Assembly (NCBI GenBank): GCA_000165425.1
Contig: CT868076.1
Location: forward strand, 1-64,000
Origin: Paramecium tetraurelia
Taxonomy: Eukaryota
Reading direction: 5' to 3'
Length of the DNA: 64,000 nucleotides
Shown here: one piece after another, positions 12,573 through 23,772 of the stretch
Layout of the letters: every line of letters begins with the position of its first letter
How positions within the stretch are numbered: position 1 is the first letter of the stretch
Translations under genes and position numbers: made by a program
The notes under the pieces: model-generated
Told to the model about the DNA's origin: nothing
The model's database searches: none
What the model saw: the letters and a program-made list of their open reading frames with translations, nothing else

Positions 12573-15500
12573 TCAATGCTTTCGCTTTTTTTATGGACAT
12601 TTATCTGCGACTCCTATTTTAACCATCTTAATGTTAGACAATAAGACCAGATAGGTACCATCAGGCTAAGGATCAAAAGAATAGATATTAAAGTCTGCAG
12701 AGGCAGGATAATAATTGTCTTTATTGAATTCCAATCTCATTTCATTTTAAATTTAACTACATTTATAATGGATAATACCTTTTTAAAACTTAATACTTAA
12801 TAACAAAGAGACCATTTTTGTCACTCTTTGTTTCAGTTTTTAAATCATTGTAAGTAATTCCATTCCATTATTTAAGTTTAATATTTACTCCTTCCAATCC
12901 CCTCCATACTAATGCACCATCACAATCAAATTCTGCCATCACTACACCACTAATCGAAGAGTATTGATAATATTTATTGAGCTATCCTTTGAATTCTGGA
13001 GTTACTTCAGCTTAAGTGGATACCTTTACAGTTCCACTATCTGGAGTAATATTGAACTTATGAGATGTTTATTTAAATTTTGCTGTTTCTTAAGTAATCA
13101 CTAAACATTAGACTTTCGAGTTAGAATTCATCAACATATCCCACTTTATTTAATACATACCAGCATTGTCAGTTTTAGTTCTGATATCTATTGGCCTATT
13201 ATCTTTTCCAAAACCATCACATTGCATAGACACTTGTATATTCGAAGGGGCTACTCCTCCTTCAGAAGTAAGTTCACCATCTACTTCAAATGGTAGATAA
13301 TCATCATAAAATTATTTTGGGAACATTAATTGAGATTTTTCATCATTTGTTTAAAATGGCAATGTAACCTTATGTATTTATCCAGTTGCATCTAAAAACT
13401 GTTCAGTTAATTAATATTTGACTCCAAATTACAGTTGATCATCTAGTAATTACCACTTTCCATCCTATCCAGTCTTAGCTTCATATTCTTTGGTAACTGG
13501 ATCTGAAATCAACTTAACTGATATTCCTGACTTTCCTTTGCCTTTTGGATCAACGATTTCTCCTCCTACTGTTAATTTAGTATTAACTGGAGTCAACTCT
13601 TACGTTACCTTAATGGGAGGTACTTAAATTTAAGGTCCATTACATTAAAATGAGATTTTGTCTGTTTTAGTGTCTTTATACTTGTCGGCTGTAACATCTA
13701 AAATAAAGGATCCCTCAGAGTTTTTGTAACAAGGTATTTGTAGATTAAATTTACCATTTGCATCAGTTTTTCCTGTTATTTTATTTTTCTCTGTTCCTTT
13801 AACAATGGGTTATAAGGATTCTACTGTTAATGTGGATACAGGAGAAGGCTTTCCTTAGGGATCAGTCAAAGATGATGATACTGTGGCCTATAAGATAATT
13901 CTATCTAAAGCAGCATCTTGAGTTATAGTTTAATCTTTATTTGTTGAAATTGCAATGCTAGGTGATTTAAAGGGAGTGAAGTCTGAATGAGTAATTTATA
14001 TGACTGCGTGATATGATTAGTCGAAGACAGCTCCAAAAGTTAAGGAATATTTTCCATTCTGGTCAGACTTAGTTTTAAGATTAGAAGCTAATGGATCTGA
14101 TGGATTTAAAACTATTTCAATATCTGCACCTTGAACATTCATAGTGATTCCACTTTTATCAGTTAATACTCCAGAGAAGGTTATTTGTGCTGTTTTGGTG
14201 ATAATCTATATAGGTTTGAGTTTGGCATCTTTTTCACCACAAGTAAAGACCTGAGGAGGCAAAGGTGATTTGGGAAAGGCATCTGAAACCATATCCAACT
14301 TTAAAGTCGTAGGCACTTGATTATAGCACTAAAATGGAATAGAAAACTCTCCTTTATTGGCTTATGCATATTTATTGTATAATTAAGCATTTTACATTTG
14401 TGGAATTGAACTTAGGATTTCAACTTTTGCATTTTCAACCGCCTTGTTTTTGGAATCAATCAAGGATCCACTTATTGTACAATCTATTATTACTCTCTTT
14501 AAAGTGATATCTAGATTGATGGTTTGTTTCTCTTCTTTGCCAATTAACTATATATTATTATTTGCATTCTGAAATTGTGGTTGTCCATCAACAATAATGG
14601 TTCCATCATAATTAATACCTCTTAGAAGCTCAATTGAAAATGTGAATGTTCCATCATTCGCACTTTTGATTTTTATTTATTAATTAGTGATTGGATCTTA
14701 TTATTTTAAGCTAAAACTCATTTGGATTCCTGGTAATTTTACTTCAATCTTAGTTTCATCAATCAATTTGCCATTTATTGTAAATAATGTTGTTAAGAAT
14801 TTACTTTTTATAGAGAATCCATTTACTTCGAAATTAGGAGGAATCAATTCAACTTTATATCCATTATCCTATATCACATCTTTTGGTTTAATTAGACAAA
14901 CAATTTTATCATCATGCTTAGCTAATACTTGAAATGATATATCCACATTTCCATTTTTATCAGTTGTAAAATCCTTATTAATTGGGCCTTTTGAATCCTT
15001 AAATCCTTAACAAATCAAATTGAGAGTCACTGGTTATGATAATGTACCTTTTTCCAAATCTATTTTCCCTTTGATCTTAGCATCTACCAAATCAATATAA
15101 TTAATATCTTATACTGACACTTTTTGATTATCACTTTATACTTAGAATTTCTATTCTATTTTCTAATTTTATTTATTAATATCTTAATATGAAATAATTG
15201 CTTTGTATTCTGTAATTGGATATATCTTTGGAACTGTTGCTGTCCATGTACCATCACTTTAAGTTTTTGTTGTCAATGTTTCACTTTCTGGTTCTGTAGT
15301 GATAGTAAGTGATAAATTGGCAACTGGTTTTCCATGAGGATCTATAACCTTACCTGCTAGAATGGCTTTGATTTCAATCTTCTATAAAGTCAATGTTATA
15401 GGATTTAATTCTATTTAAGGTGAGTCACATTTAAATTTAGAACTCTTGACTTTTTATTCTTCATATTATGGTATATCTATTTATAAAGAAACAATATATT

Positions 15501-18500
15501 CTAATTCCTTGTAGCACTCAAAATTTACAAAAAAGGACCCCTTATCATCATCATTTGTTGCTATATTATAATATTTTGAATCCTTCATCAAAGGATCTGA
15601 TGAAGTCAATTTGATGATAGCATTAGGAATTGGTTTCTTATCACTACTGGATAATGTAGAATGTAATTTTGTTATCATTGTTATTCTTTCTAATTCTAAG
15701 TTTTCAGTCAATGTAATAGATTATAGACATTTATCTTCAATTATCTTATTCTCTGTTTTAAATAGAGGATTGGAAGCCTGAATTGAAAATTTTAAAGTAT
15801 ATGCTTGAACTGCTTTAAAGCTAAATGAGTATGAACCATCTTTTCCAGTTTTAGTGCTTATTTTTGATTGTGTTTATGCGTTTTGATTATGTCTTTTATA
15901 GAATAAATACTATTCCAATAAATGTTTATTTTGAACATAAACATCTTATGGTGTAATTATTAAGATTACATCAACGTTCTCTAGTGCTGTAATTGCTTTT
16001 GTTTTATCAGTCACTACCCCTTTTATTGTAATATCTACAGTATTATAAGTAACAGGTATATTAGTACTAGATGACCAGCCTGGTGCTTTTACTTCAACAT
16101 TAATTTTTATAGGTTAAACACTAGAAACAGTATTGGTTGATCCTGATTAACCAGATTGTCCTGATTGTCCTGGTTACCCTGATTATCCAGTCTATCCTGT
16201 CGATCCAGATTATCCTGATTACCCAGATTACCCAGATTATCCAGTTGATCCTGATTATCCAGATTACCCAGATTAACCAGATTAACCAGTTTAGCCAGGT
16301 TGACCAGTCAATTTAACAGGAGCATTTTAAACTACACATTATAAAGGTTTATCAGATCCAGCCAAAGTTTCTAATTCAACAGAATATGAACCATCTTCTT
16401 TAGTAGTTGTTTCCACAGATATTGGATTTCCATCTCTCCCTTTAGAATCACAGGTAATCAATAATGGTATTGGTACTGCTGCTTTCCCATCAGAGGGCGT
16501 TATCTTACCAGTTAATTTTACTTTAACGTATCTTTGGTATCCAATTACTGGAAAAGTATAAGTTTATTGTTTATCCATTGATGGAGTATAATTAGATGAT
16601 ACCAAAGTCAATTATTTATTATCATTCATGTATTCAACTGTGAATTTATAATTGTTCTAAGGAATTACTGTTAAATTATCAATCTACCAATAACCATTGG
16701 CATCAGTTATCAGATTAGAATTAGCAATTGTTAGACTGGGATCAGATTTAAATGTTAGTTAGAACCCTTTCATTGGCTTCTAATCTACATCTAACACTTA
16801 ACCTTTGATAGTGAGGAGGGAAGTTGATTTTGATAAAGTTATTTAAGTTTTAATTAGGTCTTAATTTTTACATTCTAATTAGGGCGTTTTGTAAGTAATA
16901 GGTACAAATTCCTGAACTTTAAATATAAATGTAGCAGTGAACTTCTAATTCTCGTAACATGCAAATTTATATTGAAATGTACCACTATTTAATATTCAAT
17001 ATTAATTACTCTGAATTTCCGATTATCTCCTTATTATAGAAAGATTTATCATTCATAGCAGGGATACTTTCAATAATTTTGATGCTAGCATTCTAAACAG
17101 GTTTTCCACTAGGATCAACTAGTTAATCTTTGATCGTGATTTCATTAACCTTTCGGTCAAGTACTATATCCAGCTTCAGTTAATAGGGTTATTTAGAAGG
17201 TATATTGATTTATTTTGGAGTAATGACTTGGTCGATGAATTCCTTGGCCTTGACAGTTGCCTTAATATCCAAATTTTAAGTTGATGGCACTAATACATGA
17301 ACATTGAATTTTCCATCAGCATCAGTTATAACTTTAATTGGTTCTATTATATTAGTAATAGTCAACACAATTTCAGCTCCTTGAACAAATGGAACGATTT
17401 TTGAAGAGTCTGTAATAACGCCGGAGATCTAAAGTATAATTTAAGGTAGATTATACTTATAAATCAGAAGCTTCTTATAATTTAATTATTAAATCTCTAG
17501 TAAATTGATCTTTTTTAATATTTAAATTAAAATCCTAATCGAATTCTGAACTTTAACTTAGATACTAATCTTTGGTTGCTACTTCTTTTAAATGTAATTT
17601 AGGGGTGGCTTTCAGATTATAAGTAATTGCTATTTTTCCATCAGGTCCACTAATTAAGTCATTTTCTATTAGTTATTGATTTGATCCTAAATTAGTTCCT
17701 GTAACTTAAATTTTAGCTCCTTATAATGGTTTTTAATTTTAATCGAAAATGAGGGCAGACAAGAGATATTGGAATTATCCAGGTTAGAGATCAATATTAA
17801 CTGATAATTCATATTTCTATTCTCTAATATAATAAAGAATTCTAATACGGCCATAAAACGAAATTTTAAGAATTTCTATCTAATTGTTATGTGTTCCAAT
17901 ACTCTAATTTAGATGCTGTGTATAAAATACTGAATGAACCTCCAGTAGTTGGCAATAAAAAGCGAACATTCTCTTCTCCTTTTTCATTTGTTATAGCTAT
18001 AAAGTTGACTTCTTTTGTCTGCTTAGCATCATCTAAATAAATAGCAGTAAATTGAATGAATACTCCAGGTAATGGTTTCGAATTTGATAGCGTTTTTATC
18101 TTTAGTTAGAATTGATAATTACAAAAATCAAGCCACGCTGAAATTCATCTTTGACATAAACATCAGATTGAGTAAATTAGACTTTTCCATTAAAAACTAT
18201 CAATCCAGAATGATGAGTTTCTCCATTAATTTAAGCAGATGCTTAAATATTATTGAAAGTTGTCGATGCAACAGCAATTATTTAGTATGAATGTTATTTT
18301 GCAAATTTTCCAGTTAAAGTGACCGTACCGCTGCTGTCTGTCATTAGATTCTTCTCTCCTATATTTGAATTGCCGTTCCTAAATTTTACTTAACTAAGTA
18401 CTTCACATTAATAATCACACCTGATAGAGCGTAAGCTGAAAAATCTATTACTTTTATCACTATTTTATAATTCACTTCTTCAAGTTCCGCTAATATATGC

Positions 18501-18559
18501 TCCGTGTGTTTGCCCAGACTACAACCCAAAACAACCAATAAAAATAAAGATTTTAGCAT
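12573..18559 (-). CDS. Large (~2000 aa) secreted protein with tandem carboxypeptidase-regulatory-like/CnaB-like beta-sandwich repeats and a collagen-like segment
   Basis: Starts MLKSLFLLVVLGCSLG (signal peptide) and has a 23-nt intron at 18379-18401. Recurring motif G-x-V/I-x-D-x-x-G-K-P-V ... T-D-x-x-G-x-F/Y (e.g. AILAGKVIDPHGKPVANLSLTI, VGGEIVDPKGKGKSGISVKL). Ends ...GVADKCPQKKRKH-TGA. The domain assignment is by motif recognition only. Confidence 0.8.
16135..16305 (-). repeat. 9-bp-period coding repeat encoding 19 uninterrupted Gly-X-Y triplets
   Basis: GQP GQT GQS GQS GQS GQS GST GQS GQS GQS GQS GST GQT GQS GQP GQS GQS GQS GST (most Gln encoded by TAA/TAG). Confidence 0.92.
18379..18401 (-). 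other. 23-nt spliceosomal intron
   Basis: gtacttagttaagtaaaatttag. Removal restores the frame ...VIINVK-NGNSNIGEKN... Confidence 0.8.
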
Positions 18560-18762
18560 ATTTTGAATTTAACAATATAAATTAATTATAAACTCTCAGC
18601 TGCTCTTTGTAAATAAACATTCAATGTATTTCTTCTTAAAATTCCATTATTTTTACTTTATCAGAAACCATAAGAATATTATAACAACTAATTTATCAAA
18701 AATAATTTAATTCACATTGGGATTATCAGTTCATATTAATTTCAATTATTCTTAGTCACAAA

Positions 18763-19667
18763 ATGCTTTATTAGAAATCAACACAGAGACATACTTATGT
18801 GGAGCATCTAACCGTTCATTCTGCATCCAGTTACGGTAGACCACAAATCAATAATGGAAATAAGATTCTGTTACCCGCATCAGCACTTCAATAATTAATC
18901 TTTATCAAACAAAATGGACCAATGATTTTTAAAATACAATCAACATAATCACAAAAATTTACATATGTTGGAGTCCTTGAGTTTGTGGCAGAAGAAGGCT
19001 CTTGCATTATACCAGATTGGTTATTTGAAAATATGAACTTTTTTAATCGATGTTGGGTGATTGTCAGTCTTGAATAAAGTTTGCCACTTGTAAGTTTATT
19101 CATAATTATAATTCTCTAGGGAAAGTTAATTAAGATCCAACCCCATGAGACTGCATTTATTGATCTCCCTGATCCTAGAGCCATTCTAGAGAATTAATTA
19201 AGAAATTACATCTGCTTAACTTAAGGTGAAACTATCACCATTACATTTAATAAGATTAAATACATGATTGATATAGTTTCAGTTACTCCAAAAACAGATA
19301 AACTTGCTGTTTGTATAAATGAAGCAGATGTAGAAATCGATTTTTTATAACCATTAGTATTTTAAATTTCTAAAAATAGGATTATACTGAAGCACCTCCC
19401 CAAAAATTAGTTAAAAACAATTCCACTCTAGGAATGGAATAAGATTAACAATAATAATAATCAGCTGTGTTTACTGGAAAAGGAGTTAGATTAGATGGCA
19501 AAACTGGTGTGGCTTAACCAAGAAAACAATCTGAGGATGTTAAGATTGTTGCTGAACCTTATAATCCGAGAAAAAATAAACTAGTAAATGGTATTCGATA
19601 AGCCGAAGATGTTTAACTTTTTACAGGCACTTGCACTAAGGTTGGAGCTCAAAAGAAATAACTTTGA
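18763..19667 (+). CDS. UFD1: Ubiquitin fusion degradation protein 1 (Cdc48/p97 adaptor), 2 introns
   Basis: NNGNKILLPASALQQL, TYVGVLEFVAEEGSCIIPDW, LPLGKLIKIQPHETAFIDLPDPRAILENQLRNYICLTQGETI, and SHP box FTGKGVRLDG. Introns at 19090-19119 and 19357-19379. Ends in TGA. Confidence 0.95.
19090..19119 (+). other. 30-nt intron of UFD1
   Basis: gtaagtttattcataattataattctctag interrupts the conserved LP-x-G-x-x-x-K-x-QP motif. Confidence 0.8.
19357..19379 (+). other. 23-nt intron of UFD1
   Basis: gtattttaaatttctaaaaatag. Removal gives VEIDFLQPL-DYTE. Confidence 0.85.
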
Positions 19668-19720
19668 GTTCTTTATTATTAATTTGATAAGTATAAATAA
19701 TCAAATTCCTGTTATATTAA

Positions 19721-20622
19721 TCATGCAAATATTTCAAACATTTAGAGCACATTCTATCTGCACAGTAAACATTTTAGTTTTTGCATAACTAATTCCTTAC
19801 AAACTTAGCAATATATGAAATGTCCACAAGGAATAGCAACAAATTTTCGTTTTTTTGCAAAACAAATTTAACATTTTTCTGATTCACAAATTTACTCATT
19901 TTCTTAACCTATCTCAATAGGCTCTTATTTAATCATATTTTCATCTAATAATTTGTTCTAGCTATCTAGGTTTATTTGTTCAATAATATTTCCTCCTAAA
20001 GTTGGAGTTTCTTGCTAGTGGACCTTTTGATTTTCATCTACTATTTTTATTTCAGCTTAATTTTCTAAGATATTTCCATACTGGGATTCATCATTATTAC
20101 TGTTCTCTTTGGATTGATCTATCACCTTTTTTATTTCTCTTTTTTTATCGCAAACTAAACTTAGGATTTTGGAAGCCTCAATTACAAATTTTTCATTGTT
20201 TGACTTCACTCTTAAAATGAGAAAGTGTTCTTCAAATCTATTCAAGTTTTTTAAGTTTTTATGTATCTGCCTTTTATTATCACAAGAAAATGGCAATGGC
20301 TATAATGAATACAAAAAATTGATACCCTAATTTATAGAATTATATTTCTAATATTATCTAGTAATTTGCTTCTTTCTTCATCAGTATAATTTGAAATTTT
20401 CTTTTCTTCTTCATAATTAAACATTGCAACTTCTAATTGAGAAATCTTTTCTTTAATACTATTCTTATCAGTTGAAGTTGTAATCTGCAATCTCATCTTT
20501 TCTAACTAAATTTTTAAATTAGTAATTTTTTCATCTAATCTCAAATGATTCTCTAACGTTTCAATTAAGTTACGAACCTTTTTCTTTTATCTTATGTTTT
20601 CTTATTATTCAATTTAAATCAT
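19721..20622 (-). CDS. C-terminal C3HC4 RING finger protein (putative E3 ubiquitin ligase) with coiled-coil N-terminus
   Basis: C-terminus CQICFAKKRKFVAIPCGHFIYCQVCKELVMQKLKCLLCRQNV...FA-TGA. Starts MIQIEQQENIR. 26-nt intron at 20300-20325. Apparent indels near 20000-20050. Confidence 0.85.
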
Positions 20623-21144
20623 AATATATTTTTTATACTTTAAATAATATATACTTTTATAATTATAAAAATCAATAAAGATTTGGCTTGTAATTTTTGT
20701 ATTTATTTGTAAATCAATTTGTAACAAAAAAGTACTATATATTATTTAAATTTGCATAAAAAGTTGAAAAAAACAGAAGTTATTTATAATTGCTTATTAA
20801 ATATTTCAATAATATGGTTTTATACATTGTCTCCTAAAAATTTTAATTCTTATTAAATAACAATGCTTCGCAGCAAATTTATATATTATTCCCAAACAAT
20901 TTTAATTAAATCCTCGTGAAAATTTACTTATTTTATCCATAAAATGCAAAAGATATTTGAGTTATTTGTAAATTAATATAATCCTTTCTATTAGATCAAC
21001 CATCAATTATTAAATTAAATTTTATAAAGAAGATAGGTGATGTTATTATAAATCTGATTATATCTTCTCAGCAAGTCAACTTGAAACTTTCAATCATTTG
21101 CTTCTTTTTAATAAGACTGCTATTATGCATAACGTTTAATACCT

Positions 21145-21800
21145 TCATTTATGAGATCCTAAAATAGTTTATGAATTAATTTTTCTGAATAAAGGTTGTA
21201 TTGCTTTATTCTCTTTTAATGAATCATTCTATAAACTTTTCTCTTGGTATTTGTTGTTATTTAAGACCTTAAATGGAAAATTAATATCCAAAAGAAAGTT
21301 AGTATAAATTTCTGATGCAAAACCAAGTGAGTTAGAAATACTTAAAACTAAAATATAACTATTTTGAATGGAGAACCCAAAGGAAGTTTTTACACATTAT
21401 TACTTTTGATATTTACTAACAGTCCTCAGAAAATTATGTATTATATCGTTTTCATTTAATAAATCAATATTACCCATATGAAGATGAGCTTTCTATTATG
21501 TAAAGGAGACTTAAATATTGAATGGTTTCTGACATTTTTTAAAAAGAGAAAAATAAGATGATTAAGTATTAAAAGAAAGATTAACTTTAGAATATTATGT
21601 TTTGAATTATTACTATGTAGTTATATAAGGGTGAACTAAACTATTATCATCATCAAAGATATTCTGATTTTTATCGAGATAAGCTAGATGAGAGAAATTT
21701 TATTTAAGAAATCTCCTGAAACTTTACTTTTTGACTATCCAAATTATTTCTCACAACGAGTTATAGTCTTATCAATAACTTCAAATAATTATAAGCCATT
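21145..21800 (-). pseudogene. Decayed gene relic of unknown family carried in the duplicated upstream flank (homologues ~38640-39250 and ~51830-52830)
   Basis: A 110-codon frame is open at 21145-21477 (MGNIDLLNENDIIHNFLRTVSK...LSISNSLGFASEIYTNFLLDINFPFKVLNN...). The other two copies have indels and different deletions. Confidence 0.4.
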
Positions 21801-23574
21801 ATCATAAATGTAGAATCATCGATAAACATAATAATATAAAAATTTAATATATTATTATTTGACAAAATAAAACACTAAAATAAAAGCATCCATCATCTTA
21901 AGAAGAAAAGGTATTTCAAAAAATTACCTTCTCAACCCCTTAAACTCCAAAACTCTCCCTAATGACTTATTTTTAAACCAAAATTGGATCCTTACAAGAA
22001 TAATTCTTTAGCTGAACTAAATGCATTAATTTTTTGAATCATAATAAAAGTCTTATCAATCTAAAGCATCATTATTTTGAAGACAATAACATTATTAAAA
22101 AAGGTTTAAAAGAATTATCTTAACAGCATTTAGGTTTTAGTTTTATTCAATTATGATAAAATTACTTGTTGCTTAGAAAATTGAACAACCATATAGATAA
22201 TGAAAAAATTTTAAAATTTAACACACAAAAAACGGAATTTATTTTGTTAATTTTTAAAATGGAAGAACTTAATTATATAATTTATTAAAGAGTATTTTAT
22301 TTTAATTTAAGAATTAAGATAATATACTTTATCTCAGTATATATTAATTGGGTAATTTCTCGTTCGATGACCTAATTGCTTTTAAGAAATTGATTTTAGT
22401 ATATATATTTTATTAAAAAGACTTTCTAAACCATTAAGATTTCAAAAAGGCACCACTTTAAGAGATATTAAATTATATAAGCAAATTTCTTGTTTTTAAA
22501 AACTAACATAGCTGCATTTAAGAAAATTAATATTAATAACTCTACTATCATAGATTGCTTATGCTTGATTAATATAGTTTTGAGATTTTTAGATAGTTAT
22601 TCTAATCTTTAAAGTGATATAACAGATATTCTTATAATATATTAAATTTCTTGATTTGTACTTTAATAATTGATTTTATTTCCATTACTATAATTACTAT
22701 GTATGTTCATAGTAAAACTCAGGCTAATTAATGACTTCTAAATTGATAACTTATTTATATCATTTTAAAATACAAGTTTTCTTCTTAAGTTAATACTCGC
22801 AAAGGTAAACCATCATGTGTCAACAAGTTTTTCTATTATCCTTTTGATTTGTGTAAGATTCAACTAAGTCAGCTTGAGTTGCTATTCTCGTAAGGTTTAT
22901 TCCGCCAATTTTTCATATATTTTAAATTTGAAAAATGGGAAAATACATCCCCACCTAAAATGCAGTAAATATCTACTAATTGCATAAAAACTAAATTACC
23001 TTGACCTATTATGTAAGAAAGTACATCTGATTAAATTCTAGAAGTTAGTTAAGTACATTTTTTATTTAACAAAACTTCCTTCAATTTTTAAATTATTCAA
23101 AAAATATAAGGAGAGTGCTTTTGCGTTTACTCTAAGGTAACCTCACTTTTTGATAATTTTATAATTTAACCAATTCATTTTTACAAGCAAATATATAATA
23201 TTACTTTTATTAAAGCATAAAGAATAGCATTTGTGCAATTTGCAATTTGAAAATAGTTTTTTAAGTAATGGATAGAAGTCCGAATCATCTAACAAAACTT
23301 AAAGAATTAATGAAGGCTAGGATCAGTTGATGACATTATTTATCAAGATTAGAGTAAATGATGAAAGAGGAAGAATGATAGAATGGAATATTTAGATAAT
23401 ATGACTTATAAAATAGGAGAGAATACTTAAAATGACTATAACGAGAAGTCAAAAGCAATAGTGGGATGGTTATTATATATGTTTATTGTATTTTTATCAA
23501 TCTACCATTGATTAGTTATGAATAATTGAAGATAGTGCATCTAGATTGGGTATTACAATTAAGTAACTACGTAA

Positions 23575-23648
23575 CTGTCAGCTAAGAGTCTACTCATTGT
23601 GTTGTCTTGACAGCAAGAATGTTCATTAATTTAATTAATGATGAGGGT
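23575..23648 (+). promoter_or_regulatory. Candidate antigen promoter module: two TG(T/A)CAGC-n-AGA motifs followed by the TCATTAAT palindrome
   Basis: ctgtcagctaagagtc...ttgacagcaagaatgttcattaatttaattaatgatgaggg. Nearly identical at ~40958-41030 and ~54599-54670. Matches the reverse complement of the copy-1 31-bp repeat core TGTCAGCCAGAATC. Confidence 0.55.
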
Positions 23649-23772
23649 TCATTTCAATATTTAATTATGCTTAAAGCTTTTGGAAAAATAGCTATGTATT
23701 CCAACAAAACAAAAATATAACATTCTTGTATTATTCAAAAATAAATAATAAAATTATAATGAATTACTTTTA

